64,000 nt of DNA from Calditrichales bacterium (GTDB lineage Bacteria; Calditrichota; Calditrichia; Calditrichales; J004). This document shows, piece after piece, positions 19,413 to 29,869 of this stretch. The first letter of the stretch is position 1; every line of letters starts with the position of its first letter. The position numbers and the translations under genes were made by a program. The notes beneath the pieces were generated by a model that did no database searches, was not told where the DNA came from, and saw only the letters and a list, made by a program, of their open reading frames with translations. Location of the stretch: positions 4,064,001-4,128,000 of the forward strand of contig OZ254086.1 of the NCBI GenBank assembly GCA_965267575.1, read 5' to 3'.

Positions 19413-21275
19413 ATGGCCCCCATTCCGCAGGAAAAAATAGATGAAATCCGCTCATCGGTGAACCTGGTGCACTATATAGGGCAGTTCGTGAATCTTAAAC
19501 AGGCCGGAAAAGATTATAAAGGTCTGTGCCCTTTTCACCAGGAGAAGACACCTTCTTTTGTGGTAAGTCCGAAAAAACAGATCTACCACTGTTTCGGCTG
19601 CGGGCGCGGTGGCAATCTTTTTTCATTTATTATTGAATACGAAAAGCTGCCTTTTGTTGAAGCTGTCCAAAAAGCAGCGGATTTTGCCGGCATTGTCCTG
19701 CCCAAATCCCCCCAGAAAAGCGAAGAGATCAGCCATAGCCAGAAGCTTTACCAGGTTAACGAAAAGGCTTGCCGCTTTTTTGAAGAGCAGTTGCAGCAGC
19801 CGCAGCACAAACAATATAAAGACTATTTTGAGAAACGCGACATAAGCGACAAGACCATCGCCGCCTTCCGCCTAGGCTACGCGCCCGACAGTTATGATAA
19901 GCTGATCAATTACCTGAACAAGGCCGGGTCGGAGATCAAGCTGGCTGAAGAGCTGGGTCTGATCCAGCAGCGTCAAAGCGGCAGCGGATATTATGACAAA
20001 TTCCGTCAGCGCATTATTTTTCCTTTCTTTAATCTCAGTGGCAAGATCGTTGGATTTGGCGGCCGCAAAATGCGCGAAGAGCAGCAGCCCAAATACCTGA
20101 ACAGCCCTGAAAACGCCATTTACAATAAAGGCTCCATTCTTTACGGACTGCACCAGGCCATACAAGCGATACGCGACAAACAATACACTATACTGGTTGA
20201 AGGCTATTTTGACCTGCTGCGTCTATACGAAAACGGCATCCGCAACGTGGTTGCCAGCAGCGGCACGGCACTCAGCGATAACCAGGCCAGGCTTATGGCG
20301 CGCTATGCCAGGTCTGTCTACATTGCGTATGACGGTGATGAAGCCGGGATAAAGGCCGCGCTGAGAAACGCGCAGATCATTGAAAACCAGGATTTACAAT
20401 GTTTTGTCGTGCCCATGCCCGAGGGCGATGATCCGGACAGCTACGTCCAGGAGAACGGCCCAGGCCCTTTTCGCAAATTACTTGAAAAAAAAGTTTTGCC
20501 TATCGAATTTCGTGTAGATCGTTTTCGTTCAACACAACCTGATGCGGGCATGGAGGAAAAGGAGCTCTTTATAGGCGAGGTGCTGGACGAACTGGCTCGT
20601 TTCAGCAACACGGGCAAGGCCGGACTGTACCTGCACCACCTGGCCGACGAAATGGAGGTGAACGAAAAGCTGCTGGTAGATGAGCTCAACAGGCGCCGCA
20701 GGGAGGTTATGCGCCAGGAAAGAAAACGGGCGTCATTTAAAAAACGTCAGCAGCAGGAGAAGGAGCCGTCATCCGCGGGACAGGCTGAAAACAGGCCCGT
20801 GATGCAATCGCTGCGCGGTGTGCATAAGGCCGAAGAGGGCATAATAGAAATGCTACTGAACGCGGAAGGGGCTGTGCGCGCGTACATTATGAACAACGTC
20901 GGTTTTGAAATGTTTGAGAACGAAGTTTATGCGGATCTGTACACGTTTATTATTCACGAACTTGAGGAACACGGTGATGTTGAGTTGCACCGTATCTATG
21001 AGAATCCCGATCTTACACCCGAGTTGCAAAACGTTTTAACCCGGCTTAGCGTGCGCGATTTTGAAAAGGAAATGCGCTTTGCCCATGATTGTATCTTTCA
21101 GCTTAAAAAGTGGCGCCTGCAGAAGGAAGCCCGTGATCTAATGCGCCAAATCAAGATTGAAAGCGAATCGGAAGAGGCGGTATTGCATTACACAACCGAA
21201 CTAAACCGTGTGAACCGGGCGATCAACGCCCTGGATAAAGAGCATAGAAACCAAAGACACAATACAACACATTAA
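19413..21275 (+). CDS. dnaG: DNA primase
   Basis: CPFHQEKTPSF, CFGCG zinc finger, KYLNSPE, TOPRIM EGYFD and YDGDEAG; start taken at ATG 19413. Confidence 0.96.
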   Translation: MAPIPQEKIDEIRSSVNLVHYIGQFVNLKQAGKDYKGLCPFHQEKTPSFVVSPKKQIYHCFGCGRGGNLFSFIIEYEKLPFVEAVQKAADFAGIVLPKSPQKSEEISHSQKLYQVNEKACRFFEEQLQQPQHKQYKDYFEKRDISDKTIAAFRLGYAPDSYDKLINYLNKAGSEIKLAEELGLIQQRQSGSGYYDKFRQRIIFPFFNLSGKIVGFGGRKMREEQQPKYLNSPENAIYNKGSILYGLHQAIQAIRDKQYTILVEGYFDLLRLYENGIRNVVASSGTALSDNQARLMARYARSVYIAYDGDEAGIKAALRNAQIIENQDLQCFVVPMPEGDDPDSYVQENGPGPFRKLLEKKVLPIEFRVDRFRSTQPDAGMEEKELFIGEVLDELARFSNTGKAGLYLHHLADEMEVNEKLLVDELNRRRREVMRQERKRASFKKRQQQEKEPSSAGQAENRPVMQSLRGVHKAEEGIIEMLLNAEGAVRAYIMNNVGFEMFENEVYADLYTFIIHELEEHGDVELHRIYENPDLTPELQNVLTRLSVRDFEKEMRFAHDCIFQLKKWRLQKEARDLMRQIKIESESEEAVLHYTTELNRVNRAINALDKEHRNQRHNTTH

Positions 21276-21281
21276 GGATTT

Positions 21282-22313
21282 ATGTCCCCGTTTGAACATG
21301 ACCTAAGACGTGTCGCGGCGAAGGTTAAGCGCAACACGCCGCTGTCCGATCACACCACAATGCGTATTGGCGGACCCGCTGATTACCTCGTGGAAGCGAC
21401 CAACAGCGAGCAGCTTGTAAAAGCCTTGCGCCTGTGCCGTGAACAGGGTATCCCGCACAGACTTTTAGGCGGCGGCAGTAATGTAATTGTCTCCGACAAA
21501 GGCTTCCGCGGCGTGATTATTATTAATCGCGATACGTCGTGGCAGATACTGGACAAGGTGCCGGCAGATTTGCAGTTGGAGCATTCCGAATCGCGCTATG
21601 AAATACATGGCAGCGATTACGGCAGTCCGCAGGAAGTCGATTACAGCGATGAGGATGCTCCTCCTGTCCTCGTGCGTGCTTCGGCCGGGCTGCGTATTGT
21701 TCCATGGATGAAGGAGCTCTTTGATCAGGGCATTACGGGCCTGCAATGGTATGCCGGTATCCCGGCGACCATCGGCGGTTCTATTTTTATGAACATGCAC
21801 GGCGGTCATCACTTTTTTGGTGACATTGTTTTCCGGGCAGAGCTTTTCGACGGAGAAAAAGCGCGCTGGGAGCCGCAGAAATATTTCAATTTTAATTACG
21901 ACTGGAGCATACTGCACAATACGCGTGAGATTATATTGCGCGCTGAACTGGTATTGCGAAAAGGCGATCCCCTGAAAGCGCGCGAACAGGCCAAAAAGTG
22001 GGCACGCAGCAAATCGCAGCAGCCTCAGCGTTCGGCGGGTTGTATATTCCAAAACCTCAATCCTGATCAGCAGCAAAAACTAAAACTGGACACCCCTTCC
22101 GTGGGATATGTGGTGGACAAGTTGCTTGGGCTAAAAGGAGTTTCATGTGGTGACGCGGTGATCGCCCCGTCTCATGCGGCCTTTATCGTCAACAAAGGCA
22201 AGGCCAGCGCCACAGATGTCTACTACCTTTACAAGCGTATTCAGGACGCATCACGTGAAAAACTTGGCATTGAGCTACAGCCTGAGGTTGAATTTATCGG
22301 CGACTTTGAATAA
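21282..22313 (+). CDS. murB: UDP-N-acetylmuramate dehydrogenase (MurB)-like flavoprotein, atypical
   Basis: HTTMRIGGPA, LGGGSNV, GIPATIGG, SAGCIFQN, HAAFIVN, LQPEV. Confidence 0.8.
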   Translation: MSPFEHDLRRVAAKVKRNTPLSDHTTMRIGGPADYLVEATNSEQLVKALRLCREQGIPHRLLGGGSNVIVSDKGFRGVIIINRDTSWQILDKVPADLQLEHSESRYEIHGSDYGSPQEVDYSDEDAPPVLVRASAGLRIVPWMKELFDQGITGLQWYAGIPATIGGSIFMNMHGGHHFFGDIVFRAELFDGEKARWEPQKYFNFNYDWSILHNTREIILRAELVLRKGDPLKAREQAKKWARSKSQQPQRSAGCIFQNLNPDQQQKLKLDTPSVGYVVDKLLGLKGVSCGDAVIAPSHAAFIVNKGKASATDVYYLYKRIQDASREKLGIELQPEVEFIGDFE

Positions 22314-22337
22314 AACGTCGCTTCCGCAAAAACCGTT

Positions 22338-23759
22338 TTAATCCATGGCGAAGCCCGACAGTTGCGTGCAAATAGACATGGTCTGGTATAAGATTTCCTC
22401 CTGATTGCCTACTTCAGGTACATCAAAAAGCATTACAGCTACACCCAGAAAATCGGCAAAACCCGGCTCATATTCGATCGAATAGTCCGCGGAAAGCCAG
22501 TGCAAGGCAAAGTCTTCATCGGTTCCGGCATCGTAGGCCCAGGCAGTCATAAAACGCGTTTTCTCCCACCAACCCTCTTCTTCGAATTCCTTTTCTTCTT
22601 CCGGCGGTAGCTCGCTCTCCCAATCGGCCTGGCTCATCACGTAGTCATCAAACTCATACATCAGGCTTTGGGACTCTTCAAAGGAGCCTGTTTCACTTAT
22701 TTGCACCATCATCAGCAAACGCCCGTTGGCGGCTTCCGCCATAAACCTTTCTCCATCGGTTTTTAGGAGCACGCCCGTTGGCACGGCAATACTCGCCCCC
22801 GTGCTCACATCACTGTAAATATCCAGCACTTCGTTTTTAAAATCGTAATTAAACTCTTTGGAAAGGTCATCAATCATCAACCGCAAATCATCATCCAGGG
22901 CCAGATATATTTCCGAAAGGGGGATTGTATAAGTGCCATAGAAAGTATTTTTCTCAGTTCTGGCCATAGCCGGTTCTTCCGACGTGGCACTAAAATGAAA
23001 AGCTTCATCTTTTGGGGGTTTCAGCTTTTTCAGCGCTTCGGGCCCTTCCCCGCTGGTTTCCAGCTTTGGCAGGTAAAGCTGCGCAGGCACCGCCCAGTTT
23101 ACCCGCTCATAGCCGCGAAAACTGAGTCCGCCACTGCCTATACCGATAACCGCGTTAGTCGTGGGATCTACTATTGGCGCCCCGGAGTGGCCCGGCGTAA
23201 TACCGGAGCTGACTCGCAGTACCTTAAAGGTCGCCTCGGGAAAGCCGCGCTGGGTTACGCCGCTTAAAACATCATTGGGCAGGTAGTCTTTCATGGCCAC
23301 CATGTGCCTGGCGTTGGAAAAGCGCAGACCATCGCCCTGGGGCAGTTTCACACCGGCCGGAAAACCGTAAATAGTGTAGGTGCGGTCTTTCTGCGGTTCG
23401 GGCGGCGCCAGGCTCAGCGCCGGTTTGTCTTTGAGGTTAAAGCGGTTTTTATCTTTGGGTTGCAACAAAGCCAGGTCCGATTCGCGGTCGATTTTTACGA
23501 CATTCAGCTTTTTAATTGCCACGTCAAAATAGATATTGTCAGAGCCGATGACACTGTGCAGGGTGGTCACAATGTAACGCTCCCCTTTGGGGCTTTGCCA
23601 TACAAAACCGGTGGAAGCCGCTGTTTTGCCATCGCGTTCCGCGAATACTTTAACCACTGCGTCGGGGATGTCTTGGGCGACAAGCGGTGCCCATACTAAC
23701 GCGCACAGCAGAACAAGGCCGGTTATAAACGCTATTGCGTTTTGGTTTCGAGCTGACAT
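22338..23759 (-). CDS. Secreted trypsin-like serine protease with acidic C-terminal domain
   Basis: Signal peptide; STGF, TTLH (His), DLALL (Asp), PGHSGAP (Ser). Confidence 0.75.
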   Translation of the reverse strand: MSARNQNAIAFITGLVLLCALVWAPLVAQDIPDAVVKVFAERDGKTAASTGFVWQSPKGERYIVTTLHSVIGSDNIYFDVAIKKLNVVKIDRESDLALLQPKDKNRFNLKDKPALSLAPPEPQKDRTYTIYGFPAGVKLPQGDGLRFSNARHMVAMKDYLPNDVLSGVTQRGFPEATFKVLRVSSGITPGHSGAPIVDPTTNAVIGIGSGGLSFRGYERVNWAVPAQLYLPKLETSGEGPEALKKLKPPKDEAFHFSATSEEPAMARTEKNTFYGTYTIPLSEIYLALDDDLRLMIDDLSKEFNYDFKNEVLDIYSDVSTGASIAVPTGVLLKTDGERFMAEAANGRLLMMVQISETGSFEESQSLMYEFDDYVMSQADWESELPPEEEKEFEEEGWWEKTRFMTAWAYDAGTDEDFALHWLSADYSIEYEPGFADFLGVAVMLFDVPEVGNQEEILYQTMSICTQLSGFAMD

Positions 23760-24403
23760 ACAACCTCCTCTACAGCGCTTAAAATGGATTTTTGCGTCTC
23801 GGGATCTTTAATCTCTTTTATGCGGGCGGCAAGCTCTTTGAGCGTGGCGCCTGCCTCTTCGTAGGCGTAAAGAGTATACTCAACGTTATTATCGTTGGTG
23901 GAAAGCCTGATCTTATCACAGATGCCGCTGGTCTCATCGGAAAAGGAAGTAGAGAGGGTGCTGCGCTGGATTTCATTCATCTCCACGGCCTCCCAGTTGG
24001 GTTTTATGGCCATATTTTTGTAGACCACAAGCTGCCGTGCGTAAGCCGGTTCATAACCTGCATCAACCCAGTCGGCAATCTGGCTTTCAATGCTTTGACT
24101 AAGGGCGCCGTTGGCACGCAGAAATATTCCGGCCAAAATACCGCAGACGCAGAAAAAGCCAAAGCTGCCTGCACGCAAACCGGTAAGAATGCTTTTAGAG
24201 GCATCGATGGGAGATTTGTCGGATGGCTTACGTGAATCTTGCAAACCAAGAAAAGCGGCCAGCAATGCAGCAAGCGCGCCCAAAACAACTTTAACGGTGG
24301 GAGAAACGGATATGCCAACGATTATGCCAAGTAAAAGGCCCATACCGGCACCGGAGAATATCTGCGTGATAATAAAGCCACGCGAAAGACGGTTCTCTTC
24401 CAT
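23732..24403 (-). CDS. Hypothetical membrane protein (about 3 TM helices)
   Basis: Gly-rich hydrophobic helices (GLLLGIIVGISVSP..., GFFCVCGILAGIF); overlaps the protease start. Confidence 0.7.
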   Translation of the reverse strand: MEENRLSRGFIITQIFSGAGMGLLLGIIVGISVSPTVKVVLGALAALLAAFLGLQDSRKPSDKSPIDASKSILTGLRAGSFGFFCVCGILAGIFLRANGALSQSIESQIADWVDAGYEPAYARQLVVYKNMAIKPNWEAVEMNEIQRSTLSTSFSDETSGICDKIRLSTNDNNVEYTLYAYEEAGATLKELAARIKEIKDPETQKSILSAVEEVVCQLETKTQ

Positions 24404-24485
24404 TACGGCCCCCTATGTGATTTGGAATGGCCGATTATAGATTAAAAACGCCCCAAATCAAAATTAAATTTACAAGTATGCTGCG

Positions 24486-26549
24486 CTAGCGTAACAGCAA
24501 GATCTTGCTGCTCAGACGTTGTGCTCCGGACTGAACGCTAACAAAATAGACGCCGGAAGGGAGGTTGTTCCCGGCGGCATCCAACGCATTCCACCGTATG
24601 CTGTGCTCTCCGACGCCGGCAAAGCCATCCCATAAACGGGCAACACGCTGACCGGCAATGTCAAAAATATCAATAGATACTGTCCCCGCCTTAAGCAACT
24701 CATACCTTAACGTGGTGGAAGGATTAAAGGGGTTGGGAAAGGCTCCCATTAACTTTAGCCTCCGTGGCGTGTTGCTACCCTTAAAATCGCCCTTAAGTCC
24801 TGTAGGAATTTTTCTTCCCGCGTTCAGAGCCTCTATGGCGCCGGACAAATAGACCAGCGGCGCATTCCAGTTAATGGCGATCTCATTGGAGGCATAGCTG
24901 CAATAGCTGTCTACGTAAGAACGTGCCGGTTCCTCTCCGATATAGCCGGAGCAGCCATCCTGCCGGCCGGGATTGGGACCGCCCGCCAGCAAACCGGGCA
25001 CGGGATCGGGAATGATGTCCGCTTCCGACTGGCGGTGGTGGACATGCAACGGCGGTTTATCGCCGAAACCCGTCACAAAGCAATAACCTGTTCCATTGCG
25101 GCCCAGCAGGTAATCCAAATTATCCATCGCCGCCTGCAGATAGCTGGAATCGCCCGTAACCAAAAAAGCCTGAACAAGCATAAAACCCTGATTAGCGGCT
25201 ACTGAATTGCTGCCCCAGACAAATTGATTCTCCGATCCGCCCATCGGCACGGCGTAGGCCGAGCTTTGCCCGTCACTTCTCAATGTGTTGGCCAGGTCCA
25301 GTATTTTTGAACGCACCGCGGACGTATCTACGCTGGACGCCAGCGCCCCACGGAAATGGTTCAAGGTCACAAGTCCAAGTGATTTGACATTGGGCCATGC
25401 GGGAACGCCCGCGGAACCGTCCAGCGGGTCATGAGCGGCCAGAAAGCTGTCGGCGCCCGTAGTTGCGCTTAATTCGGCAGCGGCCCAGGCAAATTCGTCG
25501 GTCACATTGCCGTCGCTATAAGCACCTGTATTTATGTCCGGATCGTATTGACTGTTAAGACTGTTTTGATCGTAGTAAACCGCCGGGTTTTTCCGCGCCC
25601 AATTCCACGCGCTCAACGAGGCTTTCAGGCAAGAGTCGGCAAAGCCGGGAAACGCGGTTTCAAATTCTGCAAAAACGCGCGCCGATTGCGCCATGACCGC
25701 GGCAAAATCGAGCGCGGCTCCCGTACTTTTTTGAACGATGTAACGTTTGGCTGTGGCCTCATGGGGCATAACCGTGCCGCTGAAATTGGCGTGGGTCAGC
25801 TTATGATAGACGCCGCCATCGTAGGGATCCTGCATCTTCAGCATCCAGCGCAGATTCCATAACGCCTCGTCAAGAACATCCGGAATATCATTTTCGCTTT
25901 CGGGGATGTTTGTCTTTAAAGCGGCATAATAGTGCGGGAAATGTTCGTAAGCAGCCAGGATGGTGTAGGTGGAAATGCCGGAATTGACAATATATTTGTT
26001 GAAGTCGCCGGCATCATACCAGCCCTTTGGCGCGGAAACAATCGTGCCCGCCGGCCTTTGCGTTGTTGCCGCGGAGGGATGTACCTCCACTTCCGTATCG
26101 GGGTGGCCGGCATTGCGAAACCAAAATCCCGCGTTATCAAAGGGCAGTGCCGTGGAGGCCCTTTGAAAGTAAAATCCTTTCAGGGCTCCCACCGCCAGGT
26201 CGTGGTGAACGGAATCAATGATCTCGAAGGTGTACGACGCCCCAAGTCCCGGTACGACCAATTTGTATGAACCTTCATTCTGCAGCGCGCTGAAATCAGC
26301 CAGCCGCACGTTTTCACCGGAAGGCGCCCAGGTCTGTTCCTGCTGCAGCGTTCCGCTGTATAGCGTATCGGTCTGAGTGGCGTCGGTTATAAAAAACGCA
26401 TCATCCGGACTACTAACAACAACCGCCCTTTTCTGGGCATGCGGATAAAAACCGATTTGATTCAGCCGGATGGCTGTTTCCTGCCCTAAAACCGTGTCTG
26501 CAAAAAAAGCCGCCAAAAGCGCGACGCTAAATAGTGTATGCCGTCTCAT
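24486..26549 (-). CDS. GH9 endoglucanase with N-terminal Ig-like domain and T9SS-type C-terminal domain
   Basis: IRLNQIGF, GWYDAGD, HHR, YVD...YASNEIAINWNAP; C-terminal FPNPFN...PSGVYF. Confidence 0.9.
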   Translation of the reverse strand: MRRHTLFSVALLAAFFADTVLGQETAIRLNQIGFYPHAQKRAVVVSSPDDAFFITDATQTDTLYSGTLQQEQTWAPSGENVRLADFSALQNEGSYKLVVPGLGASYTFEIIDSVHHDLAVGALKGFYFQRASTALPFDNAGFWFRNAGHPDTEVEVHPSAATTQRPAGTIVSAPKGWYDAGDFNKYIVNSGISTYTILAAYEHFPHYYAALKTNIPESENDIPDVLDEALWNLRWMLKMQDPYDGGVYHKLTHANFSGTVMPHEATAKRYIVQKSTGAALDFAAVMAQSARVFAEFETAFPGFADSCLKASLSAWNWARKNPAVYYDQNSLNSQYDPDINTGAYSDGNVTDEFAWAAAELSATTGADSFLAAHDPLDGSAGVPAWPNVKSLGLVTLNHFRGALASSVDTSAVRSKILDLANTLRSDGQSSAYAVPMGGSENQFVWGSNSVAANQGFMLVQAFLVTGDSSYLQAAMDNLDYLLGRNGTGYCFVTGFGDKPPLHVHHRQSEADIIPDPVPGLLAGGPNPGRQDGCSGYIGEEPARSYVDSYCSYASNEIAINWNAPLVYLSGAIEALNAGRKIPTGLKGDFKGSNTPRRLKLMGAFPNPFNPSTTLRYELLKAGTVSIDIFDIAGQRVARLWDGFAGVGEHSIRWNALDAAGNNLPSGVYFVSVQSGAQRLSSKILLLR

Positions 26550-26701
26550 CTGGATACCTGCCCCCCCGGCTTATTATTTTGATTATAATTTTATCATTTT
26601 GATAACGGATCAGGCCGATTTTGGCCTTTTTGTCTCTAACCAAAGTACTATGGCAAGTAAAATGCCAAAACGAAATTGTATTGAGGAGTTGGAGAAGGAT
26701 A

Positions 26702-26729
26702 TTGACTCTTTTTTATTTTAGCGTACTTT
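26702..26729 (+). promoter_or_regulatory. Possible sigma70-type promoter for the DoxX operon
   Basis: TTGACT-N16-TACTTT about 45 nt upstream of the ATG. Confidence 0.3.
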
Positions 26730-26774
26730 TACGCAACATCTGCCTTTCTCACCAAAGATTTAACAGGGGGGATT

Positions 26775-27215
26775 ATGAGTTCCTTTGAAGAAATATTAAA
26801 TAAACTGAATAGCCAAACCGATCTGGGTTACGCCACTTTGCGTATCTATATCGGGATCGCTCTTTTTTCGCGTGCTGTTTTGATGCTGGCCGATCCTTCG
26901 GCCATTACCCGGCTGAGCGGTGCCCAGGATGTCTATTGGTGGTATGCTTATGTTATCGGCGGGCATATGGTGGGCGGCCTGTTGCTGGCGCTGGGTTTTC
27001 TCACACGTCTCGCCGCGCTGATACAGATTCCTATTCTGGTTGGAGCTGTTTTCTTTATCCACCTGCAACAGGGTTTAATGACCGTGGGACAATCACTGGA
27101 ACTTTCGGCCCTGGTTCTGGCCATTTTGCTGATATACTTCGTGTTTGGCAGCGGCAGTTTCTCGCTGGATGAAAACAATCGCCAAAAGAAAATGAGACTG
27201 TTGCATAGCCGCTAA
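26775..27215 (+). CDS. DoxX family membrane protein
   Basis: LRIYIG, GGLLLALGFLTRLAA, GSGSFSLD. Confidence 0.8.
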   Translation: MSSFEEILNKLNSQTDLGYATLRIYIGIALFSRAVLMLADPSAITRLSGAQDVYWWYAYVIGGHMVGGLLLALGFLTRLAALIQIPILVGAVFFIHLQQGLMTVGQSLELSALVLAILLIYFVFGSGSFSLDENNRQKKMRLLHSR

Positions 27216-27234
27216 ATTTTAACAGGATAAACCG

Positions 27235-28128
27235 ATGAAAAGAAGATTGCTTTCACTGCTGATTGTAATATCCCTGCTTGTCCCCGCTTTTGCCTTCGAT
27301 GCCGGGGAAGATCAAAAAACTTACATCTTGCTGCGGCTGGATGATTTGGGTATGTGCCATTCTGTTAACCTGGCCATAGCCGAAGTGATTGAATCCGGCT
27401 TGCCGATTTCCACATCGGTGATGTTTGCCTGCCCCTGGTACCAGGAGGCGGTGGATATTTTGAAAAAGCATCCCGAAACGGGCGTGGGCATCCATCTTAT
27501 GCTAAACGCCGAGTGGAAAAATTACCGCTGGGGACCGGTGACGGGCCGCGAGGCGGTGCCCTCGCTTGTGGACAGCAACGGCTATTTTTTCCCATCACGT
27601 TCCAAACTGTTCGCCAACAATCCCAAAATGGATGAGATCGAAAAAGAATTGCGCGCCCAGATCGAACGTGCTGTCAATAGCGGCATCCGAATCGACTATA
27701 TCGATTACCACATGGGCGCGGCCGTGCAGACGCCGGAATTGCGCGAACTGGTTAAAAGCCTGGCACACGAATACGGGCTGGGGATGTCCGGCTATTTTGG
27801 CGAGACTTACTCCAACGTGACCTACCACGCCGGGCTTGGGGATAAGACAGACAGTCTCCTGGCCGTGGTGAGCCGCCTTAAACCGGGCCTTAACCTGCAG
27901 GTGGTACATGTGGGCCTGGACACCCCGGAGATGCAGGCGCTACTGGACCTGAACGCATTTGGCCTCAAGCAAATGAGCGTGCACCGCTACCAGGAATTGC
28001 AAAGCATCATGGATCCGGCTTTTCGCAGGCTGCTCGAAGAAAAAAATATCGTACCTATTACCTACAAACAGCTCATCGACATGGTGGGACTGGAAGGCAT
28101 GGATGAAGAGAAAGAAAACCCATATTAA
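27235..28128 (+). CDS. ChbG/YdjC family carbohydrate deacetylase, exported
   Basis: DDLGMCHSVN, GIHL, ELRAQI, IDYHMG; signal peptide. Confidence 0.85.
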   Translation: MKRRLLSLLIVISLLVPAFAFDAGEDQKTYILLRLDDLGMCHSVNLAIAEVIESGLPISTSVMFACPWYQEAVDILKKHPETGVGIHLMLNAEWKNYRWGPVTGREAVPSLVDSNGYFFPSRSKLFANNPKMDEIEKELRAQIERAVNSGIRIDYIDYHMGAAVQTPELRELVKSLAHEYGLGMSGYFGETYSNVTYHAGLGDKTDSLLAVVSRLKPGLNLQVVHVGLDTPEMQALLDLNAFGLKQMSVHRYQELQSIMDPAFRRLLEEKNIVPITYKQLIDMVGLEGMDEEKENPY

Positions 28129-28142
28129 TAAAGCGGGAGCAT

Positions 28143-28568
28143 ATGGCGGAGCTTAAAACAAAGCCCAACAGGGGCGACGTTAAAAAATTCCTGAACGGTG
28201 TTGATGACGAAAAGCGGCGTGAGGATAGTTTTGAAGTGCTGCGATTGATGCGGGATATCACCGGGGAAGAACCTAAAATGTGGGGCGGCAGCATTGTCGG
28301 TTTTGGCAGCTATCATTACAAATACGAAAGTGGGCGCGAGGGCGATTGGTTTGTGACCGGTTTTTCGCCACGCAAAACAGCGCTTACCTTATACATCATG
28401 GCCGGTTTTAGTCGCTTTGATGAATTGATGGCTAAGTTGGGCACATACAAAACCGGCAAATCGTGCCTGTATATCAAAAAACTTGAAGATGTGGACCGCG
28501 ATGTGCTGCGTGAGCTTATTACGGAATCAGTGGATTATATGAAACGGGCCTATCCGCCAAAAAAGTAG
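28143..28568 (+). CDS. DUF1801 (YdhG-like) protein
   Basis: PKMWGGSIVGFGSYHY, GFSPRK, GKSCLYIKKL. Confidence 0.85.
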   Translation: MAELKTKPNRGDVKKFLNGVDDEKRREDSFEVLRLMRDITGEEPKMWGGSIVGFGSYHYKYESGREGDWFVTGFSPRKTALTLYIMAGFSRFDELMAKLGTYKTGKSCLYIKKLEDVDRDVLRELITESVDYMKRAYPPKK

Positions 28569-28586
28569 CGGGATCGTGGCAAACGG

Positions 28587-28800
28587 GCCGTCCCGATGGG
28601 ACTGCCTGCGGTGGTGGAGTATCGTTTTGCTATGACGGGGCGGCCCGTGGGCCTGGGCTTTTAGGCGGTTGCCGTTAGACTGACAAAATGCAATTCCAAA
28701 CCTGGTCTGCAAAACGTCTTTTAAACGAGCATCGGAGATGCGACATGTCATAGCAAACTGAATGCCCCAAACTATGCTCAAGCAGCGTCGCTGCGACCCG
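28587..28800. repeat. REP-like doublet unit (GTCCCGATGGGAC / GCTATGAC ... GTCATAGC)
   Basis: Same motif order as the two units at 31392-31867. Confidence 0.8.
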
Positions 28801-28848
28801 ATTTAGGCTTTAATATGGATAGACTATCTTTTATTGAGGCACCTAATA

Positions 28849-29742
28849 ATGATTCGACTTTTTTATTTATCATCTCTTTTTATCATGCTTGCCGCAGCTT
28901 CGCTAAAAGCGCAACTTACCGGTACCGTGGATTTTGAATATGCCGGTGTTTCCTTCACGATACCCTCCGGCTGGCAAGGCCAGGAAACTGAAGGCGGTGT
29001 TCTGCTGGGTTCCAACACGGAAGCGGGCTTTATCCTGCTGATGCAGCACCAGGCCAGTTCCATTGATCAACTGAAACAGGAAGCGGACCAGGGTCTTTAT
29101 GATGAAGATGTTGCCCTGACCCGCAGCGGGGAGTATGAAACGATCGGACCGGCTGGCATCGGCGCCGAATTTAGCGGCACTATCCAATATGAGCGGGCAA
29201 AGGCTTACGTCATCGGACTGATAAATCCGCATGGAGCCGGCCTTACCATTCTGTCGGCCACATCGGCGCAGCAATACGGTCCGCGCTACCGCGAACTGGC
29301 CCTGAGCGTCGCCAAAAGCGTGCGTTTTTATCAGCCCAAACAATCGGAAGCGGCCAACGACTGGAAAAGCCTGCTGGCCGATACCCGGCTCACCTACATG
29401 AACACGTACAACAGTAGCAGTTACGATTCCTACGGCGGCTACAGCGATAAAGAAGAGATTGACCTGTGCTCGCAGGGTTATTTTAAATTTAACAGCAGCT
29501 CCACGATGAGCTTTGATGTGCCGGGCGGCTTCGGCTATTCCGGTGACAAAGGTCAGGGTGCGGGCACATGGGAAGTGACATCGGACGCGGCCGGCAACCC
29601 GGTGCTAAAGCTCACCTTTCACAACGGCCAGGTTAAGGAATACACATTGGAAATGCGCGATGGCAAAACTTTTCTAAACGGTTATCGTTATTTCCGTGTG
29701 GGCGTGGGGGATCCGTATGGCAACGGACCGGCATGTCCTTAG
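28849..29742 (+). CDS. Hypothetical exported protein
   Basis: Signal peptide ending LKA-Q; gagg RBS upstream of ATG 28849; long open frame. Confidence 0.75.
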   Translation: MIRLFYLSSLFIMLAAASLKAQLTGTVDFEYAGVSFTIPSGWQGQETEGGVLLGSNTEAGFILLMQHQASSIDQLKQEADQGLYDEDVALTRSGEYETIGPAGIGAEFSGTIQYERAKAYVIGLINPHGAGLTILSATSAQQYGPRYRELALSVAKSVRFYQPKQSEAANDWKSLLADTRLTYMNTYNSSSYDSYGGYSDKEEIDLCSQGYFKFNSSSTMSFDVPGGFGYSGDKGQGAGTWEVTSDAAGNPVLKLTFHNGQVKEYTLEMRDGKTFLNGYRYFRVGVGDPYGNGPACP

Positions 29743-29760
29743 CCCTGTCCCGTTTTTAGC

Positions 29761-29809
29761 TGAATGCATAAATTCAAGATTTCATAGATTCAATAATTCA
29801 GCAATCCAC
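29761..29809. repeat. Degenerate 8-mer tandem array (attcaaga/tttcatag/attcaata/attcagca)
   Basis: 8-nt periodicity of (a/t)ttca in the intergenic gap. Confidence 0.5.
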
Positions 29810-29869
29810 TCTAAACCTTTTTGCCTCCAGCACTGTCATATATAAAAACCGCAAAAAATTGGAGGCATC

